Shown: piece by piece, positions 1 through 9,982 of the stretch | How positions within the stretch are numbered: the first letter of the stretch is position 1 | How the letters are laid out: each line of letters starts with the position of its first letter | Notes under the pieces: model-generated | Told to the model about the DNA's origin: nothing | Database searches by the model: none | What the model saw: only the letters and a program-made list of their open reading frames with translations | Position numbers and translations under genes: made by a program | Assembly: GCA_963810095.1 (NCBI GenBank) | Contig: CAWEMM010000011.1 | Coordinates: 301,844 to 365,843 of the forward strand | Length of the DNA: 64,000 bases | Direction: 5' to 3' | Origin: an uncultured Chloroflexia bacterium | GTDB lineage: Bacteria > Chloroflexota > Anaerolineae > CG2-30-64-16

Positions 1-1
1 G

Positions 2-319
2 GCCGAAGATGCACCCGACGTCCTGGCCGCGGAGCCCAAGCCGCCGGTCCTGTGGATCCACGGCGACAAGGACCTGATCGTGGGCGACATGTCGATGTTC
101 GATTTCGGCGCGCTGGGCAAGTTGGGCTACGTTCCCGGCTGGCCCGGCGACGAAGTGTACCCGCCACAGCCGATGGTCGGCCAGACGCGCGCTTTCCTCG
201 AGCGTTATGCGGCGGCGGGCGGACACTTTCAGGAAGTCGTGATCGAGAACACCGGTCACTCGCCCCACATCGAGAACCCGCAGGAATGGCTGAATGCGTT
301 CCTGGAGATGGTGGGATAG
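2..319 (+). CDS. alpha/beta-fold hydrolase, C-terminal part (truncated by window edge)
   Basis: Open frame from base 2: PVLWIHGDKDLIV and GHSPHIE (catalytic Asp and His regions of alpha/beta hydrolases). Confidence 0.8.
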   Translation, partial: AEDAPDVLAAEPKPPVLWIHGDKDLIVGDMSMFDFGALGKLGYVPGWPGDEVYPPQPMVGQTRAFLERYAAAGGHFQEVVIENTGHSPHIENPQEWLNAFLEMVG

Positions 320-372
320 GCGGGGCCAACAGGTCCACCGCACCGCCCGTAACCGTGAATTGGAGTGGAGTG

Positions 373-1431
373 ATGCAGCGAGAACCGAAGATGACGTTGA
401 GCCAGATAGAAGCAATGCGTTCTGGGGCCCGCACCGCCGTTCGCACGTGCATGGGCGTGGGTCCGGCCGACCGGGTGTTTGTGCTGACCGATCGTGTCAC
501 GAACACGATCGGCCGGTTGTTGAGCGAAGAAGCGGACGAGGCCGGTGCGCAGGCAGTCATATACGACCTGGAGCACTTTGGCCCGCGGCCCATGACCGAG
601 TTTCCCGACAACCTGCGCCGCGAACTATTGAACTACCGGCCGACGGTCACGTTCTACGCTGCGGCAAGCCAGCCGGGCGAACTGCCGTTCCGCATGGCGC
701 TCCGGGTGTTCCTCGTGCAGGACCTGAAGGTGCGGCACGGACACATGCCCGGGGTGACGCCCCAGCTGATGGTGGAAGGTATGCGCGCGGACTATAAGGT
801 TGTCGCCGCGCTGACCCGCGCCGTGTATGACCTGGGCCGGGAGACACGCACCATCCACGTCACGACGCCGGATGGCACCGACCTGACCGCGCTGATCAGC
901 CCCCGCCTGCGATGGGTGCCGTCGACCGGCATCTACCACGAACAGGGCCAGTGGGGCAACCTGCCCGAGGGCGAGACGTTCACCTGCCCTGAAACGCTCG
1001 ACGGACGGCTCGTCGCCCATATCCTCGGAGATTACTTTAGCGAGAAGTACGGCGTCCTGGAGCACCCGGTGATCTTCCACCTGGCAGACGGCCGCGTCAC
1101 GGCGATCGAGAGCCAGAATCGCGACGTCGCCATCGAGGTCACTGAGTACCTGGACTCTTCTGAGAACGGCCGCCGGGCTGGCGAATTTGCCATTGGCACC
1201 AACGTCGGGCTGAAGAAGCTCATTGGCAACCTGCTGCAAGACGAGAAGCTGCCTGGCATTCACGTCGCGTTCGGCAATCCCTACCCCCACGAGACGGGGG
1301 CTGACTGGACGTCCAACGTCCACGTCGACGTGATCCCGATCAACTGCACCATCACGATGGACGGCCAGACGGTGATGCAGGATGGCCGTTTCGACTACGA
1401 ACTGCTGGGGGTCTCACCCAGCGGACGCTGA
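373..1431 (+). CDS. aminopeptidase, peptidase M29 (thermophilic metalloprotease) family
   Basis: NLPEGETF, GEFAIGTN, LQDEKLPGIHVAFG and HVD motifs; ATG 373 follows a GGAG-like RBS. The upstream part of ORF 52..1431 overlaps the hydrolase. Confidence 0.85.
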   Translation: MQREPKMTLSQIEAMRSGARTAVRTCMGVGPADRVFVLTDRVTNTIGRLLSEEADEAGAQAVIYDLEHFGPRPMTEFPDNLRRELLNYRPTVTFYAAASQPGELPFRMALRVFLVQDLKVRHGHMPGVTPQLMVEGMRADYKVVAALTRAVYDLGRETRTIHVTTPDGTDLTALISPRLRWVPSTGIYHEQGQWGNLPEGETFTCPETLDGRLVAHILGDYFSEKYGVLEHPVIFHLADGRVTAIESQNRDVAIEVTEYLDSSENGRRAGEFAIGTNVGLKKLIGNLLQDEKLPGIHVAFGNPYPHETGADWTSNVHVDVIPINCTITMDGQTVMQDGRFDYELLGVSPSGR

Positions 1432-1462
1432 CGCGCACGCGGAACCGCAAGGAATGTGAGCC

Positions 1463-3014
1463 ATGTTCATCGGCGACTGGCTCGGCCGGCGAGCCAACCT
1501 GACACCGGACAAGGTCGCACTCATCGACGCTACGGGCGCCGCCGAGCGCAGCATCACGTATGCAGAGTGGCACCGCCAGGCCTTGCGCACGCAGCACTTC
1601 CTGGTTGACGAGCTGGGCGTGACCAAGGGCGACCGGGTGGCAGTGCTTGCCGCAAACAGCGTCGAGTATCTGGATGTATGGTTTGCCCTGGGCAAGCAGG
1701 GGGCCATCCTCCAGAATCTCAACTGGCGGCTGGCCGTGCCCGAGCTCGAGCGCGTCTTGCTGGATGCGGAGCCGGTCGGCACTGATCTACTCGTCTGAGT
1801 TCGGCGGACAGGTGGACGAGCTGCGGGGCCGAGTGCCCTCGATTCGTCACTGGATTGCGTTCGACCGGCCCAACCGCGATGACATGCTCTTCGGCCGCCG
1901 CGAGCTGCACCCCGACACGCCGCTCCCAGACGTAGAGCTCGCCTGGGACGATCCGTGGGTGCTGTGCTACACGGGCGGCACGACCGGATTACCCAAGGGC
2001 GCCGTGCTCACCCACGGCAGCATGGCCGCCAATTCGATCAACACCGTCATGAGCTGGGGCGTGACCCCAGACGACGTCGTACCGCTGATTAGCCCGCTCT
2101 TCCATACGGGTGGACTCAACGTCTTCACCCTGCCCCTCGTCCACATCGGCGGTACGACGGTCGTCACCCGGGGGTGGAACACGGACCAGATGTACGACCT
2201 GGTCGCGCGCCGCGCAATCACGCTTTTCTTCGCCGTGCCGACCATGTTCGTCATGCTCCAATCGGACCCGCGCTGGGAGAGCACGGACTTCACCTACCTG
2301 AAATACGTCATCAACGGCGGTGCACCCTGCCCACTGCCCATCTTCGAGAAGTGGTGGGCGAAGGGCGTGCCGTTCAAGACGGGGTACGGCTTGACGGAGG
2401 CGGGGCCGAATACGTTCTGGCTCCCCGAAGCGGACGTGAAGCGAAAGCCCGGTTCGGTCGGCCACCCGCTGTTCCACGTCGACGTGCAGGTTGTCGACCC
2501 CGACTCCGAGCGGCCGTGCAGCCCGGGGGAGGTCGGCGAGCTGCTGATCAGGGGCCCGCACGTCTGCCGCGGCTACTGGCGCAACCCCGAGGCGACCGCG
2601 GCGGCGTTCCGCCCCGCGAAGGGCGACCCCGATGGGCCAACATGGCTGCACACGGGCGACCTGGCGCGCTGCGACGAGGAGGGTTTCTACTACATTGTCG
2701 GGCGCTGCAAAGATATGATTATCTCGGGCGGTGAGAACATCTACCCTGCCGAGGTGGAGAGCGCCATGCACGCGCACCCGGCGGTCGCGTCAGCTGCCCT
2801 CATCGGCGTGCCCGACGAGAAGTGGGGGGAGGTCGGCAAGGCGTTCGTCGAGCTCAGGCCGGGCGCAAAGCTCGAGGAGGCCGAGCTGCTCGACTTCCTG
2901 CGCGGCCGGCTCGCGCGCTACAAGGTGCCAAAGTCGGTCGTCTTTGTTGCCGCGATGCCCGTGACGGCCGCCGGCAAAATCGATAAGCAGGAACTGGCCC
3001 GCTCGTTCGCCTGA
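1463..3014 (+). CDS. acyl-CoA synthetase / long-chain fatty-acid-CoA ligase (frameshift near 1780)
   Basis: ORFs 1463..1798 and 1647..3014 join. AMP-binding YTGGTTGLPKG, GYGLTE, LHTGD, SGGENIYPAEVE and terminal GKIDK. Confidence 0.9.
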
Positions 3015-3017
3015 GCC

Positions 3018-3705
3018 ATGCAGATGGAAGCACTGGAAGCCATTGCCACCCGCCACGGCGTGCTGCGTTACCGGCCCGACCCGGTTGAGCCGGACAAGAT
3101 CCAGGCGGTGCTGGAGGCTGCGATCGCGGCCCCCAGCCCGGCCAACCTGCAGCCTTGGGCCTTCGTGGTCGTTACAGACCCCGGGGCGTGCAGACCAATT
3201 GCGCGCTACCTGGTCGACGTGCAGGAGCAGCGGGTGTTCCGCGAAATGCTGGGGATGCCAGCCGGCTCCACCGAACGGCTCATGGGCTTGTACGAGTCGT
3301 TCGACCGTGCGCCGTGCTTCATCCTGCTGTGCCTCGAGCAGAAGGCGTCGTTCGCCCGGCCCGAGCACGAGGGCGTGCTGCGGCAGTGGCACCTGGTGAG
3401 CCTGGGCGCGGCCATGCAGAGCCTGATGATCGCCGCAACCGCGCTCAGGATTGGGCACGCGCTGGTTTGGCGGTTTCGCGCTGGACGACGGCGGCGGGCC
3501 CTTGAAGGAGATGCTTGGCATCCCTCCGGCGGTCGAGATAGTGGCCGCCACGCCGCTGGGTTACCACGACGAGCCACCCAAGCCCAGACCCGGGCAGGCC
3601 CGGGAGGATATCGCCGGGTTCGCCCGGGGCGACAGCCGGGCCCTGGGCCGCTTGCTGAGGGGCAAGCTGCCGCTGGCCGAGGTCGTCCATTACGGGAAGT
3701 GGTGA
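3018..3705 (+). CDS. nitroreductase family protein (frameshift near 3450)
   Basis: AIATRHGVLRY, AAPSPANLQPWAFVVV; continues as GTRWFGGF...LGIP...PLGY in ORF 3451..3705. Confidence 0.85.
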
Positions 3706-3860
3706 AGTGACCAGCCGGCGCCCGGCTGGGGGTAGGTCTTTGTTGGGGGCCGGTCCCCAACGCCCCCGCCGGGGGGCTGCGCCCCCTCGACCCCCAAAGA
3801 GGTTAGGGGGAAGGATCATCCGCCGAACGATTCCTGCGGCCTGGATGGGCGGCGGGGCCA

Positions 3861-4282
3861 ACAGAAACGAGCTCGCACAGAACTGGCATTGCGGGGTTCG
3901 CGATCCAATCGGTCCCGAGGCCGTGGAGGCCTGGTATGCGCGAAGCATGAGGCACGCCAGGAGCGTAGCATTTGGGGGTCTCGGGGGCAGCGGCCCCCGA
4001 GGCGGGGGCGGCGGGGGCCAGCCGGCCCTCGCCAAACAATCGAAGCACCTTATGCCAGGCTGACAGAAACGAACTCGCACGGAACTGGCATGGCGGGATG
4101 CACAATCCAATTGGTCCCAAGGCCCTGGAGGCCTGGTATGCGCGAAGCATGAGGCACGCCAGGAGCGTAGCAATTGGGGGTCTCGGGGGCGAGGCCCCCG
4201 AGGCGGGGGCGGCGGGGGCCAGCCGGCCCTCGCCACAACGATGATAGGTCCCAGGACGCGGGCCAGCCGGCCCTCGCCAAAA
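3861..4282. repeat. tandem ~200-bp intergenic duplication with GC-rich hairpins (REP-like)
   Basis: Units 3861-4035 and 4063-4236 both start acagaaacga and share ggcctggtatgcgcgaagcatgaggcacgccaggagcgtagca and gcccccgaggcgggggcggcgggggccagccggccctcgcca; a third partial ggccagccggccctcgcca lies at 4261. Confidence 0.9.
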
Positions 4283-4332
4283 CGACGCAATCGACATCCG
4301 GGCGATGATGCTCACCTCAGAGAGGAGCAGGG

Positions 4333-5853
4333 ATGTACACATTCGATTGGCTGGCCAAGCAGGCCGACATGCGGCCGGATAAGCTTGCGCTCGTAGACGC
4401 GGCAACCGACCGCTGCTTCACCTATGCGGACTTCCACCTCCGCGCCAGCCGCTTTGCCGAGTTCCTTCGCGACGAGTGGCGCATCGAGCCCGGCGAACGA
4501 GTCGCTCTGCTCGCCAACAATTCCTCCGACTACTTCGAAATCCTCTGGGGCTGCGCCAAAATCGGCGCGATCCTCGTCTGCCTTAACTGGCGCTTGGCAG
4601 CGCCCGAGCTCGAGTTCATCATGCGCGACTCCACCCCCGTCGCGCTCATCTATGACCCGCCCTTTGCCGCCTCGGCCGGCGCGCTGAAGGAACGCCTGGG
4701 GCTGCACCGGATGATGACGCTGGCGCCGGAAGCCGGGGCCGGCGAATGGGCGTACGAGCCGGCCCTGGCACATGCGTCGGGGAAGCCCATCGTCATGCCC
4801 CCGCGCAGCTTGAACGACGTCTGGCACATCCTCTACACCGCGGGCACGACCGGCCACGCGAAGGGGGTCCTGCAGACGTTCGGCATGGTCTTCTACAACG
4901 CGCTCAATATCGGGCTCAAGATCGACCTGACCTCCGAGGACGTCACGCTCAACCTGCTGCCCTGCTTCCACACCGGCGGCCTCAATATGTACGCCAACCC
5001 CACGTTCCACGTCGGGGGCACCGCCATCATCCAGCGCACCTTCGAGCCCGCCGAGACGCTGCGCCTGCTCTCCACCCGCACGACCGCTTTCTTCGGCGTC
5101 GCAGCGATCTACCTCTTTCTGAGCCAGCACCCGGACTTCGAGCACACCGACCTGTCCCGCGTCCGGTCCTGGGCCGACGGCGGCGCGCCGATCCCGACGA
5201 GCCTGCTGCAGCTCTACCGCAAGAAGGGCATCGACATCCGGTTTGGTTTTGGCATGACCGAGACCGGGCCCACCGTCTTTCTCATCGACCAGGGCTATCC
5301 CGACAGCAAACTCGGCTCGGTGGGCAAGCCCTGCCTGCACGTGGACGTACGGATCGCCGACGCCGAAGGGCGCGATCTGCCGCCGGGCGAGCGCGGCGAG
5401 CTCCTGATCAAGGGCCCGGGCGTGACGCCGGGATACTGGCAGCTGCCGGACATCACGGCCAAGAGCATCGAAGACGGCTGGCTGCACTCGGGCGACGTGG
5501 CTATGCGCGACGAGGACGGCTACTTCTACATCGTCGACCGGGTCAAGGACATGTACATCTCGGGCGGCGAGAACGTCTACCCCGCGGAAGTGGAGAACGT
5601 CATCTATCAGCTGCCGCAAGTGTCAGAAACGGCAGTGATCGGCGTGGCCGACGAGAAGTGGGGCGAGGTCGGCCGTGCGCTCGTTGCCCTACGGCCGGGC
5701 CAGGAACTGACCGAGGCTGCGATCATCGAGCACTGCCGGGCCAACCTGGCGCGCTACAAGGTGCCGCGCTCGGTCGTCTTCGTACCGGCGTTGCCGCGCA
5801 ACCCCGCGGGCAAGGTCGTCAAGGGCGAGTTGCGCCAGCAGTTTGGGAAGTGA
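4333..5853 (+). CDS. acyl-CoA synthetase / long-chain fatty-acid-CoA ligase (second paralog)
   Basis: YTAGTTGHAKG, GFGMTETGP, WLHSGD, SGGENVYPAEVE; RBS aggag upstream. Confidence 0.92.
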   Translation: MYTFDWLAKQADMRPDKLALVDAATDRCFTYADFHLRASRFAEFLRDEWRIEPGERVALLANNSSDYFEILWGCAKIGAILVCLNWRLAAPELEFIMRDSTPVALIYDPPFAASAGALKERLGLHRMMTLAPEAGAGEWAYEPALAHASGKPIVMPPRSLNDVWHILYTAGTTGHAKGVLQTFGMVFYNALNIGLKIDLTSEDVTLNLLPCFHTGGLNMYANPTFHVGGTAIIQRTFEPAETLRLLSTRTTAFFGVAAIYLFLSQHPDFEHTDLSRVRSWADGGAPIPTSLLQLYRKKGIDIRFGFGMTETGPTVFLIDQGYPDSKLGSVGKPCLHVDVRIADAEGRDLPPGERGELLIKGPGVTPGYWQLPDITAKSIEDGWLHSGDVAMRDEDGYFYIVDRVKDMYISGGENVYPAEVENVIYQLPQVSETAVIGVADEKWGEVGRALVALRPGQELTEAAIIEHCRANLARYKVPRSVVFVPALPRNPAGKVVKGELRQQFGK

Positions 5854-5856
5854 GCG

Positions 5857-6258
5857 ATGGAGCTTAGGGTAGGGGCCGTTGCCGTGGCGCGGCGCACGTT
5901 CACCCAGGAAGACTTCAACCGCTTCGCCGGCCTCAGCGGCGACGACAACCCGATCCATGTGGATCCCGAGTTCGCCGCCCGCACGCGCTTCGGCCGCACG
6001 GTGTGCCACGGCATGCTGCTGTACAGCTCCATTTGCGCTGCCCTGAGTCGGGAGCTCGACCCCGCGTTCGTGCAGCACGAGCAGGAACTGATGTTCCTGA
6101 CGCCCACGTTTGCGGGTGAAGAGGTCGAAATCCGCCTTGAAGTCACCGGCCTGGCGCCAGACGCGGGGCTCGCCGAGCTCGCGACGGTGATCTACCGTCC
6201 GGACGGCGCCATTGCCTGCCAGGGTCGGACACGGATCGGCGCGGGCCGGCGCCGGTGA
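5857..6258 (+). CDS. MaoC-family (R)-enoyl-CoA hydratase/dehydratase
   Basis: FAGLSGDDNPIHVDPEFAARTRFGRTVCHGML hydratase-2 motif. Confidence 0.9.
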   Translation: MELRVGAVAVARRTFTQEDFNRFAGLSGDDNPIHVDPEFAARTRFGRTVCHGMLLYSSICAALSRELDPAFVQHEQELMFLTPTFAGEEVEIRLEVTGLAPDAGLAELATVIYRPDGAIACQGRTRIGAGRRR

Positions 6259-6313
6259 GTCGGCGCGGGAGGCAGGGGAGCAGCACGCCGCGCACGAGGC
6301 GGCGAGCGAGGGT

Positions 6314-6755
6314 GTGACACTCAAGGGGCTGCGCATCGGCCAGACCGCTCAGGTCGAACGCGTCTTCACCGCCGGCGACCTTGCCGAGTATGTCGCGCTG
6401 ACCGGCGACACGAATCCCGCCTACCTGGCCGGCCGCAGTGCCGAGGTCACGGGCTTGCAGGTCCCGAACGGGCTTCTGGGCGGCCTCTTCTCGTTCCTCC
6501 TGGGCACTCGGCTGCCCGGGCGGGGCACCAACTGGCTCAAGCAGCGCCTGGTCTTCCCGTCGCCCGCTGCCGGCGGCGCGCTGGCCCGGCCGGGCGACCC
6601 GGTCACCGCGCAGGTCGAGATTGTGCGGCTGCGCGCCGGATAAAGACCTGGTGAACCTGCGAACCACCTGCACCTGGCCAGCGGAGTGCGCCGTGTGCCG
6701 GGGCGAGGCTCTCGTCCTCGTGAAGGATCTCGAATCGGCTCGGGCGCCGGCGTGA
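6314..6755 (+). CDS. second MaoC-like hot-dog-fold protein (frameshift near 6635; start uncertain)
   Basis: RVFTAGDLAEYVALTGDTNP...GLLGGLFSFLLGTRLPGRGTNWLKQ, then PDKDLVNLRTTC...GEALVLV in the shifted frame. The catalytic His of the DxNPxH motif is absent. Confidence 0.75.
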
Positions 6756-6887
6756 CATGCCGTCGCTGAGAGTTTGCCCGGCTCACTGTGGGCCGGAGAG
6801 GAGGTGCCTGACTCACCGCACATCCTGCGCTTGAATAACCGGCCTGTCGTTCATCCACTTGGACACATAACCATGGAGGGGAGAAAC

Positions 6888-8314
6888 ATGCATTCCAATG
6901 TCAGTCGAAAATGGCTTGTCGTCAGCCTGGTGGTCGTGCTGAGCATGCTGCTGGCGGCCTGCGGCGGCGCCGCGCCCGCCACCGCGCCCACCCAGGCGCC
7001 TGCGCCCACGACCGCGCCTGTTGCGGAACCGACCAAGGCTCCTGAGCCGACCACGGCCCCTGAGCCCACCAAGGCGCCAGAGCCCACTGCGGCGCCCACC
7101 GAGGCCACCGCGCCCACTCGGCCGCCGAGCCCACCAAAGAGACTGCGGCTGCCACGGGCAAGGAACTCGTCATCGGCGAGTTGACAGACGATTCGGGGCT
7201 CCTGGCGCCCTACGGCCCGCTCTTCGAGCGCGGCTTCGAAATCGGCCTTGACTATGCGACGGACGGCAGCCGGGTGATCGCCGGGCGGCCGGTCAAGGTT
7301 GTGCTCAAGGACACCGTCAGCAAGCCGGACGTCGGCGCAACCTTGGCACGCGAGGCGCTGGAGAAGGACGGCGCCGAGATCCTCCTGGGCGTACCCAGCT
7401 CGCCGACGGCGCTTGCTGTGGGCGGCATCGCCACCGAAAACAAGAAGATCTACATCGCCGGTCCCGCGGCTGCCGATGCCATCACGGGCGCCAACTTCAG
7501 CCCGTATGTCTTCCGCTGTGGCCGCCAGAACATCCAGGACGCGCTGACCATGGGCGGCGGCCTCCTCGGCCTGGGCAAGAAGTTCGTCCAGATCTCGCAG
7601 GACAATGCGTTCGGGCAAGGCTCGGCCGCGGGCTTCTACAAGATCGTGAAGGCTGGAGGCGGGGCCTTCCCCCTCAATGACACTGAGAAAGGCGTTGGCG
7701 CAGTCTTCGCCCCGCCCGACACGACCGACTTCACCCCCTACATCAACCAGATCCTGGACTCGGGGGCCGAGGTGCTCATCGTGACGTGGTCTGGCAACGG
7801 CTTCGTGCCAATGTTCCAGCAGATGCAGCAGCTGGGCGTCTTCGATTCCATGAAGGTCGCCACCGGCTTCGGCGACAACCAGGCGCTGAAGGCGGGCTAC
7901 GAGGCGGCGAAGGATTCGTACGGCGTCAGCGTCTACCACTACTCGTTGTTCGACAACCCGGTCAACAAGTACCTGACCGACGAGCACATCAAGCGCTTCA
8001 ACGTCCCGCCGGACCTCTGGGCCGAAGCGGGCTTCAACTGCGCGGTGATGGTGAAGCAGGCTCTGGAAGCCACGAACGGCGACACGGACGGCGACAAGAT
8101 GATCAAGGCCCTCGAGGGCATGAAGTTCCAGGGCCCGAAGGGTGACTACGAGGTGCGGGCGACCGACCATGCGCTGCTGCAGCCCATGACTTATGTCAAG
8201 CTGACGAACACCACCGACCCGGACTTCAAGTTCTTCGACCTGGTTACGCTCTTCAAGCCGGAACAGACTGCGCCGCCGTGTGCGGTGCCGGCCGATCAGA
8301 ACCGCTGCAAGTAG
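6888..8314 (+). CDS. Liv-type (branched-chain amino acid family) ABC substrate-binding lipoprotein (frameshift near 7120)
   Basis: Lipobox LLAAC, PT/PEPTKA linker, then type I periplasmic binding domain (ORF 7181..8314); directly upstream of livGFHM. Confidence 0.88.
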
Positions 8315-8337
8315 CAGCCCATCCCGAGCCGGGAAGC

Positions 8338-8416
8338 TCGCCACGAAGACTCGAAGACACGAAGGCGCACTGAAGCAATCTTCGGGCAACTTGGTGTCTT
8401 TGAGTCTTAGTGGTGA
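8338..8416. repeat. imperfect palindromic intergenic repeat (cacgaagac family)
   Basis: Left arm tcgccacgaagactcgaagacacgaag pairs with right arm cttggtgtctttgagtcttagtggtga; related copy at 20601-20674. Confidence 0.8.
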
Positions 8417-8444
8417 ACACCGGCTTTCGCCAGGGAGACCATCT

Positions 8445-9203
8445 ATGCCCGACACGATCATCGAGACCCGCCAGGTCGCAAAACACTTTGGCGGCCTGCA
8501 CGCGGTCGACGGAGTGGACCTGAAGGTGACTGAGGGCGCCATGCACTCGATCATCGGTCCCAACGGTGCAGGCAAGACCACGCTCTTCAACCTGATCAGC
8601 GGCTATCTCAAGCCGACGTCGGGCCAAGTATTCCTCCGCGGCCGCGAAGTCACCGGCCTCCCCCTGCATCGCATGGCGCATCTCGGGCTCGGACGCTCGT
8701 TCCAGATCACGAACGTTTTCCCCACCCTCACCGTGCTCGAAAACGTCCGTCTCTCGGCACAGGCGCTCGGGCACGACAACTTCAAGCTCTGGCAGGGCGC
8801 CGGCAAATTCCACGGCTATGAGGACAAAGCACGGGCCGCGCTGCACGACGTGGGGCTGGAAGAGAAAGCCGGCGTGCCCGCCTTGGTGCTGCCCCACGGC
8901 GACAAGCGCAAGCTGGAGCTTGCCATCATCCTCGCCGGCGACCCACAGGTGCTGCTGCTGGACGAGCCCACGGCCGGCATGGCGTCCGAGCAGGTGCCGG
9001 CACTCGTCGAAATGATCGCCCGCATCCGAGCCGCGGGGAACAAGACAATCATCCTGGTCGAGCATAACATGGGCATTGTCATGAACATCTCGGACCGCAT
9101 CACCGTGATGCACCAGGGCCAGGTGCTGGCGGAAGGCAGCCCGCGCGAGATTGCGGCCAACGAGGCCGTCCAGAAGGCGTACCTGGGGGAAACGCATGAC
9201 TGA
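8445..9203 (+). CDS. livG: Liv-type ABC transporter ATP-binding protein
   Basis: GPNGAGKTT, LGRSFQIT, LLLDEPTAG, LVEHNM, VQKAYLG. Confidence 0.9.
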   Translation: MPDTIIETRQVAKHFGGLHAVDGVDLKVTEGAMHSIIGPNGAGKTTLFNLISGYLKPTSGQVFLRGREVTGLPLHRMAHLGLGRSFQITNVFPTLTVLENVRLSAQALGHDNFKLWQGAGKFHGYEDKARAALHDVGLEEKAGVPALVLPHGDKRKLELAIILAGDPQVLLLDEPTAGMASEQVPALVEMIARIRAAGNKTIILVEHNMGIVMNISDRITVMHQGQVLAEGSPREIAANEAVQKAYLGETHD

Positions 9204-9982
9204 CATCCTTGAGGTCAACGCCATCCATACCTTCATCAACCAGTTCCACATCCTGGAAGGGGTCTCGCTCACGGTGCCTCAGGGCAGCATCACGGCGCTG
9301 CTCGGCCGCAACGGAGCGGGCAAGACCACGACGTTGCGCTCCATCATGGGACTCAATCCCCCCCGGGAAGGCACGATCGTCTACGCCGGCGTGCCGATTC
9401 ACGGCCAGACAGCCTACCAGATCGCCGCCCGCGGCATCGGCTACGTGCCCGAATACCGGGCCATCTTCCGTTCGCTGACCGTCGAGGAAAACCTCAAGAT
9501 CGCGGAGCGTTCCAAGAACGACCTCGCGAAGCGCGGCGACCTCATCTTCGAGCTCTTCCCGGATTTGAAACGGTTCTACCGCTTGCCCGGCGGGCAGCTC
9601 TCGGGCGGCCAACAGCAGATGCTCGCCATTGCCCGTGCGTTGGTGCCGGAAAACCGGCTCCTGTTAGTCGACGAACCGAGTGAGGGGCTGGCCCCGATCC
9701 TCATCGACGCGATCGTGGTTGCACTGCGCCGGCTCTCGGCGCACGTGACGATCCTCCTCGTCGAGCAGAACTTCCGCATGGCGTCACAGCTCGCCGACCG
9801 CTACTACATTGTCGACGATGGCCAGACGGTCAACTCAGGGCGGATGGCCGACCTGATCAACGACCGGCGCGCTCATCACGCGGTATCTTGGGGCAGGCTA
9901 CGCCGGGGCGGCAAGTCACGCGGCCCCGCCGAACGAAACAGCCGCAGCCGCGGAAACAGGTGTGGAGGGAGTGAACCAATGA
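9196..9982 (+). CDS. livF: Liv-type ABC transporter ATP-binding protein (frameshift near 9868)
   Basis: GRNGAGKTT, LSGGQQQMLAIARAL, DEPSEGLAP, LVEQN. The shifted frame gives the canonical ALITRYLG tail and a TGA overlapping the next ATG (ATGA at 9979). Confidence 0.88.

Noticed and set aside
3861-4282. CRISPR array
   Set aside because: Only two long units plus a fragment, no regular repeat-spacer period, and no cas genes.
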